A stretch of DNA of 60,781 bases from an uncultured bacterium (lineage in GTDB: Bacteria > Patescibacteriota > Patescibacteriia > CAIQCM01). The stretch is taken from NCBI GenBank assembly GCA_963708045.1, contig OY970181.1:1127443-1188223 (forward strand). Direction: 5' to 3'. Both the position numbers and the translations under genes were made by a program. The notes beneath the pieces were generated by a model. It did no database searches, was not told where the DNA came from, and worked only from the letters and a program-made list of their open reading frames with translations. Of the stretch, positions 27,362 to 37,080 are shown one piece after another (position 1 is the first letter of the stretch; each line of letters begins with the position of its first letter).

Positions 27362-30300
27362 TTAAGGACAAATAATTGCCGGGTCGTCCCACTGTGGAGC
27401 ACCTGAGCTTGTACTTACTAACCCACCCGAACCGTTACCCCGACTTGAAAAATTCATCTGCCCATTAGTCAATCTAAAATTGAATACCTCCCACCAACGT
27501 CCAGACGTTCCGTAATTGTCGGCGCTTTCAACACTATAAGTATTAACAGTACAACCATTTCCCCAAGTTTTAACTTGAGCTTTTGAACCAGTAAATTGAG
27601 CTGTCGGCGAATTAACATAAACAAATCCACGAATATCATCGTGCGCCGTTACTGTAATTGCTTCTGGCCCAAAACCACTTTGTCCATCTGTATCCAAAAC
27701 TAGATTTCCATTGTCAACCACTAAACAAGCGCAGGGCGAACCATTACTACAATCGTCATTATTGGTACAGACTTTATTCTGATCAAGAACACCGTTTACC
27801 ACGCAACGCCGCGCTTGGTTACCATAAGTACAAGGAGCAATAACATGTCGCCCCTCAGGTGCTTTAGCCTCGCTATACGAACATGCCGCCTGCCCCGGAT
27901 ACACACCCGTGTTAGTTTCTTTAAGATGGATGTCCAAGTTGGTCGGCGTTGCCCCCCAAGTAAGAACAAAAGTATATTTTCCCGGAAGCGGTTCTTGAGT
28001 TATGACCAAAATATCATTGACTGCGACAGTCTTTGAGCAGCTATCATTTGGATTCAAATCAACAGAAATTGATTGCGACGTGGGATCAAAACAATACCCC
28101 TGGGCATTAGTGCTAACCAATTTAACAATCCGTGAACATTTATCTAATTCCGCGTTGTTCCTAATATTAATTGAATACCTCCCGTTTGTATTTGAAGTAC
28201 TTTCAGCAAGCTTTGTTTCGCCGCAATACGCCAAGATCGGCTGATTAGGAACACCTTTTGACGATTGGCCGTCAATAATTTTTCCAGTCAAAGTAATAAC
28301 ACAATTCCGACATCCAGAGGACACAACCGAACAGCTATTACTGCAAGAAATACTTCCGTCATCAAAATCCCCCCAGTCTTTACAACTTATTTTACCGCCA
28401 AAATCATTACCATCGCACTCTTCTTGGCCATTTACAACGCCGTCGCCGCAACGAGCGGCGACGTTTTTTGAACAATCTGGTGTAGAGATAACCCTGAACC
28501 ACAAACCCGCTGGATTTCCCGCTGATCCTTGGCCGTTGTAAACATTATATGCATCAATTTTTATCGTATGCGTAAGACCGCCAGACAAATCAAGATCCCA
28601 AGTATAAAGATCCAAAAAACTGTTGCCCTCCATCGCATAACCGTGCTTATCCAAGAAACTACCATCAACATACAGCATATAAGCATTATCGGCGGAAATT
28701 TGAATTGTCGCGGATCTTGACGGTTTGGCTAGGGTAAATTCGTATTTAAAATAATAGTGTTTTACAGTACTTCCAGCATCAACGATTTCTCCCCAAACAC
28801 ACGCTGCACCTTCAATTTTTGACCAGCCAGGATTGCAGGGATATACAGTAACCGGGACAGCGCCAGTTGTATAATTTGGATCGTTAGTAACGGTAAATTT
28901 GGGCGCTTTATTGCTAGCAATAATATCAAGTGAGCACTCACAGGTATTACTACAGCCACTCCCAGGAATATCATTACCCGCTCCAGCATCGCAACCTTCG
29001 CCACCATTCACGATTCCGTCGCCGCAATATGGCGCAAAGACTTTTTTGCATTGCAATGAACATTTTTCACAAGTCGCTCCAGTTTGGTCATCACAGTATA
29101 AAATTTCATCACCACCGACATTTCCACCATCGTTATCACATTGCTCTCCACTCTGAATAACTCCGTCGCCACAGAAGCCACCGGTCACGACACCGATTGT
29201 GCAAGCGTTAGTACAATATGTACAAGTGGCGGCTTTACAGTTACTACTAAGCTCGGCGATTTTAACTGTGTCGGTCGGGCGAACGTTTTCTCCGGCACTA
29301 TCACATTCTTCTGTTCCTGTCTTTAGAAAACCATCGCCGCAAACCGCGAGCTTGCACGTTGGCAGACAGCGATTATGAATACCATTATTTCCGCCGTCGT
29401 CGCACTGTTCATTCCCTTCTGTTTTTCCATTACCACAACCAACACCAACCGGCACGCCGCAAGCACCCCAGCTCCCCCAACTACAAGCTGCGGCCGCGCC
29501 TGGCAAATTACAAGTCCGTGTTGAAACCAACTGAATTCCATCAGCGTTCTTTGTACAACCAGTTGTTCGTTGTTCCGATCCGCCATCGCAAGTTTCCGAA
29601 CCGTTTATATAAAGATCGCCACAATAAGGCGCTTTGCCTTGGCAATCAAGCGAACAGCCGGAGTCATATTGGCCGTTTGCCGCACCGAGATCACATTTTT
29701 CCCCAGTATCCAAAACACCATCGCCACAGCGCGTGCTATAACCAGTACAAGAAGCATTGCAATGATTATATGTTCCGTTTAACTTTCCTTCATCACAAGC
29801 CTCGGCAAAATTGCAGACGTTGTCGGCACAGTCGGAATTTTTTGTACACAAACTAAGGTTCGCACAAAAACCCTCGCGCGCGCCGTTGCCGCAACGCACT
29901 GCTTGACAAGCGCCGCTCTGCCAGCGACAAGTTGCGTCGCAAGTTTGGATAGCAAAAGCATTTGTTCCACAGGTCACTGATTGCGTTTGATTCTTTTCAC
30001 ATTCTTCATTAGACCCAACTACTCCATCGCCGCAAACATTATTTCCCGTGCCGATTGTTGAACCATTGCATTGTGTGTCGCTATTTAAGCGCGGAACGCA
30101 ATTAGTTCCGACAACATAACAAAGCGGATCAGCGAAACAAGCGGCATTTGTTGTGTATGGACAAATTTCATAAACAGAACCCGTTCTTTCTGTTTCAAAA
30201 TTGGCAATCAGGTTAAATCCTGCCGCGGCATCTGTGCTGTATCCGTACATATTGGCGTCTTGCGGACAGAAAAATTGCTTTAACGCCTCATTCCAACAAG

Positions 30301-33300
30301 TTGCTTTGTCATACCCGGCTTCATTGCAAGTACCAGTGTAATTTAATGGATCCGCGGGCGGACTGGCGCCGATTTCGGTCGCAAATTCGGCCGACCACGA
30401 TGGCCATTTTGAAAACGAGTATCCGGTCATATAAGTACCCGCAGCCAGTTGCGGATAAGCGTTGGTCTTGTTTTTGACGTTAGTAACGGCCTGCGCCAAA
30501 GTGGACATATCCTCAAAGCGCTTGGTGTCACGCCTTAGTTCATCGCCAGACGTTGTGCAAAAATCAGCCGGATTTGATGGGATAATTTTCTTGCAATCCT
30601 CATCAGTCGTACAAGACCCTCCCGACTTGGCGCAATATTTAAAATTTAGCCCGGAAATATTTGTGTTAAAGCGCAAATTATTTTTAAGCTGCGAGAAAAT
30701 ATTTTGTGTGTCCGTGCCGGCGCCGTCAGAATACGAAAGAATATAGATATTCGGGAAAAATTTATATGTTGTGCTAAAATTTGGCGCGTTCGCGTAAACC
30801 GTGCGACCGTCTTGGACAGCGTTATAGCCAGCAATCTTAAGCGATTGCGGCGAGCCGGTGAAGCCACGCGAGGCGAAGTAGGCAGTTGGGCTCAACCATT
30901 TCGTGTTGGCCGCAATACGCAAACCAATGCCTTCAGTTTTATGCGTCGTATCGCCAACATAGGTAAGCAAATACTGTCTTAAAAAGTCTGGGGTCGGATT
31001 ATCGGACATAACCGGATTCCCCAGCTCCGGCAACTTTGCGCCAGTGCCGTTGTCGCGGCAATAAAAGAAAGAGAAATTAAATTTATTATTCGGCAAACTG
31101 GTTTTGGTGCCATCAGCATTACTCATTGGCCACGGCGCCCAAGTTGCACCACTTCCGGCCGGCCACGGCGCCTGGCACATCATCACCGTAACCGTTGTTT
31201 GGCCGGCAATTTTTGTGGGTGTGCTTGGCTTTGGCTTGGTTAACGTATCAACGTCAATCGTGGCCACGGCTGTAACCGCGGCTTCGCCGGTCTTGGTCGC
31301 GTCGTTAACCGTTACCACTTGCGAATTCAGGGTACCATTTGCCGTAACAAGATTAATGTCCGGCGGCGGCGCGGGCATCGTGGTTGCCGCATTCCATTTC
31401 CATGACCAGCTATAAACGTTCGCGATCGGCGCAATCGCCTGCACGGTTGACCCTTCACGATGAATCGGAATCGCGTTAAATGTTTCGCTCAATTTGGTAA
31501 TGTCCGAAAAGAGATATGTATCCATGTTCTTTGTGGCAACCGGATCGGTATTGATCAAAACTTCATCAAGTGTGCAAATATCGGTACCGGTGGAAAACTT
31601 TGACCTTAAACTTGTTTGCATCGCCACCCCGTCCACTCCACGGATACCGGCAACGCCTTCGCCGTCTAAGCCGTAAACGGTGATGTAATAGTCAGCCATT
31701 GGCGCGAGCGCTTGGTCGGGCATAAATTGCAGCGCGGTGTATGGCGTGTTGTCGGTTTTGTATTCGGTCAAAATTTTAATTGATCCGGATGTTTTACAAT
31801 TTGGCACCTGAGCTTTAACCAAATCCCCCGCGACCAAACGCCAAACCTTGTTCAAAAAGACAGAAATCTTTTGAACAAATCCCATCAATCCTTGTGACGA
31901 AGCGGGTACTTGGGCAATTTTGCAATTTTGCGTCATTCCAACCGTCACTTTCCCGGGAACTGTTTTTTCATCAAGCAAACGATCAAAAGAAATCAAAATG
32001 TATGGGTTACGACAAACACGCGGCGTCGTCGCTGGCGGGAAAGCGCTGGTGTCAACCGGAATAACGGAAACGATTTTCGGCGCGCCATAGCAACAGGTGT
32101 TGTAGCCGACATAAGTTTGGTTTCCCAAACCATCTCGCGAACATTGATTGTCTTGCGTGTAGCCGCACTGTAACTTTATCGTTCCCGTTCCACTCACTCC
32201 GCCCGTTGCAGCGGTAACGGTTGAGGTAAAGGCTTTACTCGCGGGATCAGGATTACCAATACCAATCGTGTGTGAATATTGTGTCGGATCGGGAAATAAA
32301 TCCTTTGAACCAGGATCAGCTGTTTCGCCTAAGCCAAGCTGACTGTCAGCGCAAACCGATGGCGTGGAATAATAAAACGACGAACCAATTTTACGGCAAG
32401 ACAAATCACAACCTTGGGCAACGATTGGTTGTTTTGTGACTAGATCCAATCCTTGATCGCAACCAACGTCTTCGCCTGGATCAGGATCTGTATTTCCACA
32501 ACAAACACTGCCACTTAGTCCGGAACAAACAGGCGTGCCAGTATGCAAACAAACCGCTGAACAACCCGAACCCGCTTTGCCGTTATTTGCTCCCGCGTCG
32601 CAATCTTCACCATCCTCAACTCTGGAGTTTCCACAAACAGAAATTCCTGGCATTGATCCTTCATCAAGACACTCAGAACTGCAACCGGCGCCAAAACCGT
32701 TATCACACTGTTCGTTAAAAGCCAGATCATTATTGCCACAGGTCGTTTTCGGCGTAACGGAATTTGATCCTAGCGACAAACATCTTGTTGAACAACCTGA
32801 ACCGGCTTTGCCATTATTTGTTCCCACGTCGCACTGTTCCGCCCCTGGCACGTCATAACGGCAGAAACCATTGGCACAAGGTTTGTCGGCGGAGCAGGCA
32901 ACTGGATTAGCGCTTGGCACAAAACCAATGACACCAGGCTGACAAACACCCTGAGTAACACTGTCACCACAACAATTGGAATTTGATCCGGAACAAGCCA
33001 GCGTTCGGGCGCCGGTAAAAAGACAGTTTGCACTGCAACCAGACCCCGACGAGCCGTCGGTTGGCGTGCCTGCGGCATCATTACCGTTTCCAAGATCGCA
33101 TTCTTCGCCACCACCGCCACCGCCCTTAATTGCGCCCCAGCTTTTGGCTTTTCCAGCCCCGTCTTCAACCACACCATTACCACAAACCGGTCGCGGCGCT
33201 TCACTACCAGTTTTAAGACAGTTTGAAGTAACGTAAAGAGAATTTACCGGACGAACATTTAACGCGCCGTTTTTGTACAGTTCCGAACCAGCCGAGGTTG

Positions 33301-36300
33301 CGGGCGGTATCTTTGGTTCAATCTTCCAGGTCCAATCGGAAATTTTAAAAGGATCAATTTTTTGACCACTCGCCGAACAGCTGTCGGGCGAGGTTATCGG
33401 CATTGCTGTGAGCGAATCGTATTCGCCGATAATGTTGGTTGTAATAAGTGGCGGATTAATTCCAACCGCCGCAACTTTGCAATGGTCGGTTCCGACACGG
33501 AAACTCCAAGCAAAAACCGCGAACCCATTCCACATTGAATTGGTTCCCGTAAGACTGACGCCGGCCGAAGACTTCACATTATTAGTAATCCGCACTAAAT
33601 AGTATTTATTAGTTGCCAAGGAAACACCCGGGAAAGTAACCACGTGTATACTGGTGTCGGAATAATTTACCGCAGCGCCAAGGTCGGTGGTTGTTTGGCA
33701 AGTTTCATCGGTGCAAGAAAAAAGTTTAACGTTATTTTTTGTCATCGTTCCGGCATTCATGGCCGTATTAAACTCGGCGCCAACTTCGGCTTCCAAGCAC
33801 GCCTTGTCGCAATTCGGCCAGAACGATTTAACAACCGGATCGGTAAACTTCACCGTGAGCAAACCATTCCCCGACCCGAGCACCTTACTCGCATTATTAA
33901 TGTCGGTCGCCGAAGCAATTATCTTGTCCGGACTCACCGCTGTTTCCTGAAGCGCCCGCGCGACGGCCGTGCACAATTTAACTCCGCTCGCGTTTGTATT
34001 CCCCACGACCCAAACACTGTTTATTTGTTCGTTTGTCCAATTCCAACCATAAGCATCGCATTTAACCGCGTTGCAATTAGCGGCATGGGGCGACGCCAAA
34101 TAATCGGAATAGGTAATATTTTTTTGCGCGATTCCATCCCCTACTTTCCAAATGTCGGTTAGAAGATTTTCGGCCGGACTCACATTAACGCCAGCAAGTG
34201 CGCAAGGTTCTAGCGAATCGCGCGTCCGGAAAGTCCAAACATAATCTTCGTCCATATTAACCGCTGCCACCGAAGCGACATTTTTTGAAACTACCGCTTT
34301 AAACCAAGTATTTTTTGCAAAATTTGCGTCGGCAATAAAATTCATTCCCGACTCAATCGGCTGACTCGCGCCAAACGGCTGAACCAAGCCTTTAACAGAC
34401 GTGGTGCTGCATTTTGCACTATCAAATTGTTCATCAGTGCCGCAAGAATAAATATTAAAATTTGCCGGCACCAAAGTCGCGTCATTCATTCCAATATCAA
34501 ACCGCACCGAGACAAGCGCATTGATACAAGCGTCCTTGGTACCAAGATAAGGCGATGGCGACTGGGTATATTTATCGCAAACAAAATCATCAATTACATG
34601 CGGCACAAGCGGAATCGTGCCGGTTGAAAAACGATAAGCATAAGCACCTTCATAACGAGTCGGGGCACAAGCAGAAGAACCATCGGCTTTGGGGCCGCGA
34701 CAGGTGCCGTTGTCACAACAAACCGTGCCACCTTCGCAGATATTCGCCGTCTTACAATTACCAACGGCGAACAGAACGCTATTTGATGTTTGTCCATTGA
34801 CTTCGGTCGCTGTCACGGAACCGGTCGTGGCCGCGCCGCTTACCGCGCCGCTAATCTGACCATCGTTCCAAGCAGAGAAAGTATTAACGTTTTTATTTTT
34901 CGTAAAGGTAACCGTACCCGACGACGAACCTAGCCGCTCGCCATACAAGGTGAATTTTGATCCCACGGGTCCAGCCGAAGGATCAATGCGGCAAAGTCCT
35001 GGTTTAGGCGTTCCCCCGCCGAGCGAAAAATCTTTGGTATTATCCGACGGCACACCAGAGACCGTAACCACGCGAACGGTATAATTTCCAATTGTGCCGC
35101 CGGCCGGCGCTTTAACAGTAATTGAATTATTGTGCCAAAAAATCTTTGAACAAGCTTCGGGAAAATCAGTTTTGCCAAGATACGTGTCTGTGCCTTGAAC
35201 AAAATTTACTCTGCCCTGCGTGTCACCAAAATTAACACCAGTAATGGTGATGTATTCACCAACTGGACCCGAGATCGGATTCATCTCAATAATATGCGGA
35301 ACGCCGGCGGCCAAAGGAACACTAAAGGAAACGCCATTTGATAACGTTTCGCCAACTTTGACTCTAACCGGCCAAATACCAGAAAGCAGATTGGGCACAA
35401 GCGCAGTGATTTTCGCGCCTGTCCAAGCCGAAACATTAGCACTACGATCGGCAAAATCAGCTTCGTTTGTGCCTTGATTATCGCCAAAACCAATACCGTT
35501 TATGGCAATTGATGTTCCTGGGCCACCAGTGTCAGGGCTTAAGGTGCAAATACCCGGAAGCACAATGTTAGTAATGGTAAAATTAGAAACCAAAGCGCCA
35601 AAAGTGTCATCGGTCCGATCAGAACCATTGGAATTTGTTACTAATTCCAAAGCGCCGGAAACCGCACCGTCAGGAACGGCGACAATGACTTCGTTGTTTG
35701 TCCAAGCCGAAGGCGCGCAAGCTGTCGTCACTTTTTCGTCGCCAATCGCATCAGTTCCGGTAAAAATTACCCGCCCCGGCACTGAACCAAAACCCGCACC
35801 GTTAATTGTCACGTAGGTTCCAGGACCACCCGAGAGCGGATCAACACTATCAATACGCGGCTTGTCCACGCAAATATTATTAAAACAAATTCCAGAAAAA
35901 CAATCGGCATCAATATTACAGCTGTCGCCCGGACAAGCGCCGCAAGAGCCGCCGCAGTCCAACCCCGTTTCGTCAGAATCTTTTACTCCGTTAAAACAGT
36001 GGATCGGCCGCAGGATCACGTTGACATCTGCCGACGACGCCGTGTTTCCAGCGAGGTCGGTCGCGAGCGCTTTTAGAGCAACATTTGTCCCTGGCGCAAT
36101 TCCGGTTGTATTCCAATCATATTTCCAAGGCGCAAACCCAACCGATCCCAGAACTGCTGAATTGGCTGAGTAACCAACTGTCGCCACCGCCGAATCGTCG
36201 GTGGCGTTAGAAAAAATTGAAACTAGCGAATTAACCGGCACTGATTGGTTATTTACGGGCGAAGTAATGGCAACCGTTGGCGGCGCTGTATCAATATAAT

Positions 36301-37075
36301 TTCCCGTTTCAAAATTAGCGCTACAAAGTCCGCAAATAAGCGGGCGGCCAGTCAGTGATTTAACCGATGAAGAGATGGAAACATGAAAAACGGAATCAGC
36401 TGGTAGACAGAAATAGTCGGAATTTTCTTCGCACGCTGTCGTTGGTTTCCATATCGCGGTGTTGCCGTTAACCGTAACGGTGCCAACAATGCTTGCCCCG
36501 CCGGTCGTAATTGAGATTGTTCCGGCGGTGGTGGTGGTTGGGTCAGGCGAACCGTTTTTAAAGACGATTGCCACTTGAACATTTTTTGGAAATTTAGTGC
36601 CGGCTGGCCGGCCATCCGGCGGATTAATCGCCGAAACCATAAAGTCGCTCGTTGTGATTGGTGGAATAATATCGCCACCAGGCGGGTTAGTGCCAGTGCC
36701 ATCGGCGCCCGTCGCCGCAAGAAGATTATTCACAACATATGTTGTGATGGAAAAGGCTGAGAGAATAATCACCAAACCAATAATCGCTTGTGAAAGAATT
36801 CGTTTGGCGGTCGCAACTTTTTCTTCATCCCCGCCCGCCGTCATCCAAGTAAAACCTGAGTAGAGCACAAGACCGAGCGCGACAACGCCAAGCAAACCCA
36901 AGGCAACTTGAATAATCCGGCCGATAATCGCGCGAATATCGCCATTTCCAAGTCCAGTTTGACTTCCCACAACGTCGGCACCGAGCTGGGCATGAACCGC
37001 CGAAAAAGAAATTAACGCAAAAACAAACGCCAGCGCGGAAATAAGAAAGATTTTTTTTGCGTACTTTCTAAACAT
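27362..37075 (-). CDS. Giant (~3,240 aa) surface protein: CPR TrbC/VirB2-like pilin N-terminus, Ig-like (Big_5/IPT-TIG) domains, many Myxococcus-type Cys-rich repeats, pseudopilin-like segment, C-terminal YfaP/DUF2135-like domain
   Basis: Uninterrupted ORF; signal peptide + GRIIQVALGLLGVV...WMTAGGDEEKV...IIGLVII; repeated CG[N/D]GxxxxxExCD; P.SGGPGT.VTI.G.GFG TIG repeats; LTWGATPTNLDIHL and GFGPEAITV near the C-terminus. Confidence 0.88.
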   Translation of the reverse strand: MFRKYAKKIFLISALAFVFALISFSAVHAQLGADVVGSQTGLGNGDIRAIIGRIIQVALGLLGVVALGLVLYSGFTWMTAGGDEEKVATAKRILSQAIIGLVIILSAFSITTYVVNNLLAATGADGTGTNPPGGDIIPPITTSDFMVSAINPPDGRPAGTKFPKNVQVAIVFKNGSPDPTTTTAGTISITTGGASIVGTVTVNGNTAIWKPTTACEENSDYFCLPADSVFHVSISSSVKSLTGRPLICGLCSANFETGNYIDTAPPTVAITSPVNNQSVPVNSLVSIFSNATDDSAVATVGYSANSAVLGSVGFAPWKYDWNTTGIAPGTNVALKALATDLAGNTASSADVNVILRPIHCFNGVKDSDETGLDCGGSCGACPGDSCNIDADCFSGICFNNICVDKPRIDSVDPLSGGPGTYVTINGAGFGSVPGRVIFTGTDAIGDEKVTTACAPSAWTNNEVIVAVPDGAVSGALELVTNSNGSDRTDDTFGALVSNFTITNIVLPGICTLSPDTGGPGTSIAINGIGFGDNQGTNEADFADRSANVSAWTGAKITALVPNLLSGIWPVRVKVGETLSNGVSFSVPLAAGVPHIIEMNPISGPVGEYITITGVNFGDTQGRVNFVQGTDTYLGKTDFPEACSKIFWHNNSITVKAPAGGTIGNYTVRVVTVSGVPSDNTKDFSLGGGTPKPGLCRIDPSAGPVGSKFTLYGERLGSSSGTVTFTKNKNVNTFSAWNDGQISGAVSGAATTGSVTATEVNGQTSNSVLFAVGNCKTANICEGGTVCCDNGTCRGPKADGSSACAPTRYEGAYAYRFSTGTIPLVPHVIDDFVCDKYTQSPSPYLGTKDACINALVSVRFDIGMNDATLVPANFNIYSCGTDEQFDSAKCSTTSVKGLVQPFGASQPIESGMNFIADANFAKNTWFKAVVSKNVASVAAVNMDEDYVWTFRTRDSLEPCALAGVNVSPAENLLTDIWKVGDGIAQKNITYSDYLASPHAANCNAVKCDAYGWNWTNEQINSVWVVGNTNASGVKLCTAVARALQETAVSPDKIIASATDINNASKVLGSGNGLLTVKFTDPVVKSFWPNCDKACLEAEVGAEFNTAMNAGTMTKNNVKLFSCTDETCQTTTDLGAAVNYSDTSIHVVTFPGVSLATNKYYLVRITNNVKSSAGVSLTGTNSMWNGFAVFAWSFRVGTDHCKVAAVGINPPLITTNIIGEYDSLTAMPITSPDSCSASGQKIDPFKISDWTWKIEPKIPPATSAGSELYKNGALNVRPVNSLYVTSNCLKTGSEAPRPVCGNGVVEDGAGKAKSWGAIKGGGGGGEECDLGNGNDAAGTPTDGSSGSGCSANCLFTGARTLACSGSNSNCCGDSVTQGVCQPGVIGFVPSANPVACSADKPCANGFCRYDVPGAEQCDVGTNNGKAGSGCSTRCLSLGSNSVTPKTTCGNNDLAFNEQCDNGFGAGCSSECLDEGSMPGISVCGNSRVEDGEDCDAGANNGKAGSGCSAVCLHTGTPVCSGLSGSVCCGNTDPDPGEDVGCDQGLDLVTKQPIVAQGCDLSCRKIGSSFYYSTPSVCADSQLGLGETADPGSKDLFPDPTQYSHTIGIGNPDPASKAFTSTVTAATGGVSGTGTIKLQCGYTQDNQCSRDGLGNQTYVGYNTCCYGAPKIVSVIPVDTSAFPPATTPRVCRNPYILISFDRLLDEKTVPGKVTVGMTQNCKIAQVPASSQGLMGFVQKISVFLNKVWRLVAGDLVKAQVPNCKTSGSIKILTEYKTDNTPYTALQFMPDQALAPMADYYITVYGLDGEGVAGIRGVDGVAMQTSLRSKFSTGTDICTLDEVLINTDPVATKNMDTYLFSDITKLSETFNAIPIHREGSTVQAIAPIANVYSWSWKWNAATTMPAPPPDINLVTANGTLNSQVVTVNDATKTGEAAVTAVATIDVDTLTKPKPSTPTKIAGQTTVTVMMCQAPWPAGSGATWAPWPMSNADGTKTSLPNNKFNFSFFYCRDNGTGAKLPELGNPVMSDNPTPDFLRQYLLTYVGDTTHKTEGIGLRIAANTKWLSPTAYFASRGFTGSPQSLKIAGYNAVQDGRTVYANAPNFSTTYKFFPNIYILSYSDGAGTDTQNIFSQLKNNLRFNTNISGLNFKYCAKSGGSCTTDEDCKKIIPSNPADFCTTSGDELRRDTKRFEDMSTLAQAVTNVKNKTNAYPQLAAGTYMTGYSFSKWPSWSAEFATEIGASPPADPLNYTGTCNEAGYDKATCWNEALKQFFCPQDANMYGYSTDAAAGFNLIANFETERTGSVYEICPYTTNAACFADPLCYVVGTNCVPRLNSDTQCNGSTIGTGNNVCGDGVVGSNEECEKNQTQSVTCGTNAFAIQTCDATCRWQSGACQAVRCGNGAREGFCANLSLCTKNSDCADNVCNFAEACDEGKLNGTYNHCNASCTGYSTRCGDGVLDTGEKCDLGAANGQYDSGCSLDCQGKAPYCGDLYINGSETCDGGSEQRTTGCTKNADGIQLVSTRTCNLPGAAAACSWGSWGACGVPVGVGCGNGKTEGNEQCDDGGNNGIHNRCLPTCKLAVCGDGFLKTGTEECDSAGENVRPTDTVKIAELSSNCKAATCTYCTNACTIGVVTGGFCGDGVIQSGEQCDNDGGNVGGDEILYCDDQTGATCEKCSLQCKKVFAPYCGDGIVNGGEGCDAGAGNDIPGSGCSNTCECSLDIIASNKAPKFTVTNDPNYTTGAVPVTVYPCNPGWSKIEGAACVWGEIVDAGSTVKHYYFKYEFTLAKPSRSATIQISADNAYMLYVDGSFLDKHGYAMEGNSFLDLYTWDLDLSGGLTHTIKIDAYNVYNGQGSAGNPAGLWFRVISTPDCSKNVAARCGDGVVNGQEECDGNDFGGKISCKDWGDFDDGSISCSNSCSVVSSGCRNCVITLTGKIIDGQSSKGVPNQPILAYCGETKLAESTSNTNGRYSINIRNNAELDKCSRIVKLVSTNAQGYCFDPTSQSISVDLNPNDSCSKTVAVNDILVITQEPLPGKYTFVLTWGATPTNLDIHLKETNTGVYPGQAACSYSEAKAPEGRHVIAPCTYGNQARRCVVNGVLDQNKVCTNNDDCSNGSPCACLVVDNGNLVLDTDGQSGFGPEAITVTAHDDIRGFVYVNSPTAQFTGSKAQVKTWGNGCTVNTYSVESADNYGTSGRWWEVFNFRLTNGQMNFSSRGNGSGGLVSTSSGAPQWDDPAIICP

Positions 37076-37080
37076 GTCGT

